Shown one piece after another: positions 62,285 through 64,000 of a stretch of 64,000 nucleotides of DNA (position 1 is its first letter; each line of letters begins with the position of its first letter). Under the pieces are notes generated by a model that worked only from the letters and a program-made list of their open reading frames with translations, searched no databases and was not told where the DNA came from. The stretch spans positions 1 through 64,000 of the forward strand of contig CDMY01000455.1 in assembly GCA_001179505.1 (NCBI GenBank), read 5' to 3'. A program made the position numbers and the translations under genes. The stretch comes from Vitrella brassicaformis CCMP3155. Taxonomy: Eukaryota > Protista > Chromerida.

Positions 62285-64000
62285 TCACTGCTCGTCCCAG
62301 CTATCGTCATCCGCCTCGTCCTCTACTGCAGCAGCCTCCATACTAGCACGAGCTATGCCGCCCCCCACACCGACCCCCACGGCCCACGGTGCAGCCACAT
62401 GGCCGATGACCACCGGCTCGCTCTGCCGCTTGGTCGGCCGACGCGGACACTGCACCAAAGCTGGGGCTGCCTTTTCGCCGCCCGCATTGGTGATACGCGC
62501 GGACGGCTTGGGCTTGGCCTTGGGCTTCCGCCCTCCCATGACCTTCACCCTCACCCTTGGCCCATCCCCGTCTTGATCTCCGTTGGTATCCATGCGGTAG
62601 AAGTTGTGGATCTCGTCGCCCCATACCGAGTGCAGGAGCCCCTCGAACGACAGCTGGGGCAGCCCCAGCTGGCGGATGATGCCGTTGCGGCTGCGGAGGG
62701 CCCTCCCGAGGGCGTCTATGAGGCCCGAGAAGGTCTGCCTGGACACCATCTGGGAGCCGCCCTCGTACCGCTTCTTCTGGCACTCGAGCTCCACACGGAA
62801 GCGGCGGTACTTGCCGTCCCACTTGATGCCCAGCCCGCCCTTGGGCCCCACGCCGTTGCCATGGGCGCACACACCGTGGCTGCGGAGCCGCTGCAGCAGG
62901 GAGCGGGCGTTTGCCGTCAGGTCCTCATTCGACAGCTGCTCGTCTGGGTGGCAAGCTGTGCACATGGGTGGACAGACAGACGATAGATGGATGAATGGGT
63001 GGTCGGAGGACATCAGTCCGTGTGGCATGTCTGTCACTCACTCACCGTATCGGAGGCAGAGTTCGTCGTCGATCTTTCTGGTGTTGAGTAGCTCCTCGCC
63101 GACCCGCACCGCCTCGAAGAACGCCTCCTTGACGCCCTCCTCGGTCATGGTATCGGCCTTGATGGTCCTCTGAACTTTCTTTTTCCCGACCATGACGAGC
63201 ACGTTGAAGCTGTCGTCGCTCTCGCGCCACTTGATCGTCGGCTTGTCGGGCTGCTGCAGGGACATCTGAGCCGCCAGCGCCTTCGCCAGGTTGGTTGCGC
63301 GCTTGGCCACCTCCATCTCCCCTGCAAGACGATACAATACACATAAGTGGATGTGTAGGTATGTACCCTCTCGCTTACCGAGCGCTTCCTCATCGATGTC
63401 TTGCTCGCTATCCTTGCCGCGACAGGGCCCATGACCGCCCATGTGTCCGTCGCGGCCGCCCTTGACGGGTCCGCCCCTCCCCATGCCCATGCCGCCTATG
63501 CCGCCCCCCGTCCATCCCACCTGGCCAGCTCCCATCCCGTGGTGATGTGAAGGATTGGGATGCTCGTCGACATGCTTCGCATCGACAGCGCCCTTCGCCA
63601 CAGTGCCCTTCGTCATGAACGGGGGCAGCGGCGGCAGCCAAACGCCCCTCCCGGCGCTCTTGGGCTTGGCGCACCCACCACGCCCAGCAGCGATGCCGGC
63701 GCCCCTCCCACGCCCTCCGGCACCCAAGCCAATGGCCATGCCCATGCCCATGCCCATACCCATGGCGACGGGCGCAATGGGGAAGGGCGGCATGAAGGGT
63801 GGCCACCCAAACCGGTGCGGCAGCCCGCCACTGCTGCTGTTGGGGGGAGCTGGTGCTGGTGCTGCTGCTGGTGGTGGTGCTGCTGCTGGTGGTGCTGGTG
63901 GTGCTGGTACTGATTCGGCGCTCGGATCCTTCTTGGCGACGACCGACTTGACGGGGGGGCCCCGCAGCTGCGGAGAGGGCTGCAGGGGTAGGGCTGTCGA
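62285..64000 (-). CDS. Probable ApiAP2 transcription factor with two AP2-like domains and an RGG/GM-rich region; 5' end lies outside the window
   Basis: TIKWRESDDSFNVLVMVGKKKVQRT..EEGVKEAFFEAV and GIKWDGKYRRFRVELECQKK..FSGLIDALGRALRSRN fit the three-strand-plus-helix AP2 pattern; three or more exons. Confidence 0.55.

Overview
A 64-kb piece of an intron-rich, GC-rich eukaryotic nuclear genome. The short GT-AG introns full of (CA)n/(TG)n, an oocyst-wall-like protein, a probable ApiAP2 factor and a protein with a bipartite plastid presequence point to a photosynthetic chromerid alveolate, most likely Vitrella (inference). About 23 genes are recognisable by joining exons by eye. A central block of about 28 kb holds five consecutive head-to-head gene pairs: NadD/NMNAT and La-DUF3223; CBM48-ankyrin and TERT; a RecQ4-like pseudo-helicase and Vti1; a leucine-zipper protein and a secreted protein; ABCB7/ATM1 and a lineage-specific protein. 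This block is flanked by the two arms of an old inverted segmental duplication (about 960-9370 vs about 39945-57575). The arms carry two ICMT genes with an apparent gene-conversion tract and four of five importin-alpha-derived, IBB-less ARM genes, most of them decaying. The right arm also carries a cyclin fusion gene that has been deleted from the left arm. Other notable signals are complementary AC/UG repeats at opposite intron ends, recurring AGATCT hexamers near start codons, an in-frame TAG inside the cyclin-fusion gene, and La, TERT and RecQ4-like genes sitting close together. There are four 300-N assembly gaps. I found no rRNA, tRNA, CRISPR array or recognisable transposon. Exon boundaries are manual estimates.
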